From Candidatus Woesearchaeota archaeon (GTDB lineage: Archaea; Nanobdellota; Nanobdellia; Woesearchaeales; UBA583): a DNA stretch of 64,000 nt. Of the stretch, positions 62,070-64,000 are shown in pieces (position 1 is the first letter of the stretch; the number at the start of each line of letters is the position of its first letter). The translations under genes were made by a program, and so were the position numbers. The notes beneath the pieces are model-generated. The model had not been told where the DNA came from. It saw only the letters and a program-made list of their open reading frames with translations, and searched no databases. The stretch is from assembly GCA_965205335.1 (NCBI GenBank), contig OZ242164.1, positions 128,001 to 192,000 on the forward strand, given 5' to 3'.

Positions 62070-62357
62070 ATGGAAGAAAAAAAAACATTTAAATTAAGCG
62101 ATGGAAAAACATTCACAACTCTTAGGGGATTTGCCAAAGCTCTTACAAGAATGCCCTTAGAAGTTTACGAGGCGCATGTCAATCCACAAAAAAATGACTT
62201 TTCCAAATGGATGCATCATTCATTAGGAAAAGAAGAACTTGCAAAAAGAATAGATGGGCAAATCTCAAAAGTAGAACTTGAACTTGAAGTATTAAGGCAT
62301 TTTATACACGAGGTGTCAATTAATAAAAATTCAACTAAAACAAAACATAGATCCTAA
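62070..62357 (+). CDS. DUF5752-like small domain protein
   Basis: FKLSDGK...HVNPQKNDFSKW. Confidence 0.7.
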   Translation: MEEKKTFKLSDGKTFTTLRGFAKALTRMPLEVYEAHVNPQKNDFSKWMHHSLGKEELAKRIDGQISKVELELEVLRHFIHEVSINKNSTKTKHRS

Positions 62358-62360
62358 ATT

Positions 62361-62657
62361 CTATGCTTTCTCTTCAACTTCTTGGGCTTCATCATCCTCA
62401 TTAGAATGAGATGTTCCAAAATCAACATCCTGAACTATTATAATATCACCAAAAGCCCTAAAAAACTTCTGGGGAATAATTACGCCTTTTGCATCTCGTA
62501 CCTTACTTGCTAGAAGAGAACCAGGGACTGCCTTAATCTTCCATGATTTAATTCTATTTTCCTCAATTAAAGCCTCTTCAATCTCTCCGAAGAAGTATCC
62601 TGAATCTGAAAACACCTTCATCTCATAAACATCTGTTAATCTTTTAAACCTTGCCAT
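62361..62657 (-). CDS. PRC-barrel domain protein (CdpB-like)
   Basis: MKVFSDSGYFFGEIEE...IIP..RAFGDIIIV. Confidence 0.85.
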   Translation of the reverse strand: MARFKRLTDVYEMKVFSDSGYFFGEIEEALIEENRIKSWKIKAVPGSLLASKVRDAKGVIIPQKFFRAFGDIIIVQDVDFGTSHSNEDDEAQEVEEKA

Positions 62658-62688
62658 ATTTTATAGTTTCCTTTAATATTTATAAATA

Positions 62689-63267
62689 TTACTCTTCTTT
62701 TTTTGTATCGGAACTTGATTCTTTTTCACTGCTTCCTCTTGAAATCCACACTAAAACCCCTATTATTGCTATAATAAGAAGAACTGTTGCAATATCTTCT
62801 CCTGTGATTGCAATTTTGTCTGTTGATTCAAACAACCAATCCCATACTCCTAAAACAGCAAACAAAATACCTACTGCAACAGCCACTACAATTCCTCCTA
62901 CTGTCCATATAATTCCTTTATTTGGTTTTCCATCCTTATCATGAAACATATGGGTAAAAAAATCTTTCCCGAAAATAAATCCTAAAGCTATTAAAGTTGC
63001 TAAAATGAATACAAGAAATACAACAATATTTACAATCAAACTCTGAATGTATTTAACCGACTGAATTGATGCTATAACAAATAAACCAAAAACAAAAGCA
63101 ACTACTGCATTGACTGTCCTTGAATTTTTCTCACTTCCTTCTTTCTCAAAGATTCCTGATTTTTCAAGAATTGCAAATACTATGGCATAAACTAAAATAA
63201 AAGGCAGAAATATGTCATAGAAACCGATATTTCTCAAATTCTCTATGACATTGTTAAAATCCACCAT
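62689..63267 (-). CDS. Conserved membrane protein
   Basis: GFYDIFLPFILVYAIVFAILEK; multiple hydrophobic helices. Confidence 0.8.
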   Translation of the reverse strand: MVDFNNVIENLRNIGFYDIFLPFILVYAIVFAILEKSGIFEKEGSEKNSRTVNAVVAFVFGLFVIASIQSVKYIQSLIVNIVVFLVFILATLIALGFIFGKDFFTHMFHDKDGKPNKGIIWTVGGIVVAVAVGILFAVLGVWDWLFESTDKIAITGEDIATVLLIIAIIGVLVWISRGSSEKESSSDTKKEE

Positions 63268-63285
63268 TTTTAAAGTAAAAAACTA

Positions 63286-63555
63286 TTAAAGAATATCTTC
63301 TTCAGAGATAACAACAAAGTCTCCTATAGCAATAACTGAGTGAAAAGGTACAAGAAAATCTCCATTCGTATCCTTTTCCAAACTCACATCCTTTACATAT
63401 TTAGTTGGATTGACTATTGTAAAATCAATAATCTCTCCTGTTTTGGTGTCAAAAACAAGATCTCCAACTTCACCAAATTTCTTTCCTCCCTTGCTCACAA
63501 CTACCCTATCTATGAGCCTCTTAGATAGAATTTTCTCATTTGTTTGCTTTGCCAT
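63286..63555 (-). CDS. PRC-barrel domain protein (CdpB-like)
   Basis: GKKFGEVGDLVFDTKTGEI...VPFHSVIAIGDFVVI. Confidence 0.9.
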   Translation of the reverse strand: MAKQTNEKILSKRLIDRVVVSKGGKKFGEVGDLVFDTKTGEIIDFTIVNPTKYVKDVSLEKDTNGDFLVPFHSVIAIGDFVVISEEDIL

Positions 63556-63602
63556 ATTACTAAATTAAACTAAATACTCATTTATATGCTTTTGCTTTTC
63601 GT

Positions 63603-64000
63603 TCAGTTGATTGTATCTCTTTGAGTTTTTTTCATTAATCGAGGAGAAAAAGATTGTACATTAGGTGCATTGAACTCACCAACCTTCTCAAGAGCAGGAA
63701 GATCTAAAGATTTTGCATAAGGTACATACAAATCACCACCAACCATCTCAAGAGCAGGAAGATCTAAAGATTGTGCACAAGGTGCACTCAAATGGTTACC
63801 AACTGTCTTAAGAGCAGAAAAATATAAAGATTGTGCATCAAATGCAAACAAATCTCCACCAATTGTCTTAAGAGCAGGAAGATCTAAAGATTTTACTATA
63901 GGTGTAAACAAATCACCACCAACCTCCTCAAGAGCAGGAAGATATAAAGATTGTGCACAAGGTGCACTCAAATGGTTACCAACTGTCTTAAGAGCAGGAA
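63603..64000 (-). CDS. Leucine-rich/L-domain-like 20-aa repeat protein, 5' end outside the window
   Basis: 60-bp tandem repeats encoding LPALxxVGGDLxAPxAQSLD. Confidence 0.8.
   Translation of the reverse strand, partial: PALKTVGNHLSAPCAQSLYLPALEEVGGDLFTPIVKSLDLPALKTIGGDLFAFDAQSLYFSALKTVGNHLSAPCAQSLDLPALEMVGGDLYVPYAKSLDLPALEKVGEFNAPNVQSFSPRLMKKTQRDTIN

Noticed and set aside
61874-62137. ORFs reading through MITEs (also 17068-17265, 26850-27041)
   Set aside because: Their shared peptide text is translated MITE sequence; they are chance frames
1-64000. CRISPR array or cas operon
   Set aside because: No run of 25-45 bp repeats with unique spacers; the tandem repeats seen (12, 60, 324 bp) are coding, and DUF2779 is only nuclease-like

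Overview
AT-rich window most consistent with a DPANN (Woesearchaeota/Nanoarchaeota-like) archaeon: BRE-TATA promoters with mostly leaderless genes, an S-layer gene and PRC-barrel genes. About 1-38.8 kb is a decaying defence/toxin-antitoxin island (OLD nuclease, ImmA+DUF4411, RecQ, PIN, MNT-HEPN, RloAB, RelE, DUF2779, five NYN copies, many fragments) scattered with an IS5-family element and three MITE families. About 38.8-55.4 kb holds a cassette array of six Tat-signal-bearing proteins bounded by ~1.1 kb inverted repeats. After 56 kb the genes are more core-like (S-layer, RtcB, PRC-barrels). Top observations: (1) the four NYN RNase genes that retain their 5' end are each preceded by a promoter-driven small RNA predicted to fold as an H-type pseudoknot with compensatory changes between paralogues, an architecture like type III toxin-antitoxin systems but with a NYN nuclease; (2) a mosaic, potentially invertible array of secreted proteins, each behind a near-identical 166-bp structured leader and strictly paired with a convergent partner ORF; (3) two IS+MITE composite transposons carrying host-type genes, each with an 8-bp target-site duplication; (4) a non-canonical tRNA(GUC)-like gene; (5) a 108-aa tandem-repeat protein with hypervariable patches and a Myb-like domain. 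All family assignments come from motif recognition by eye, not database searches.
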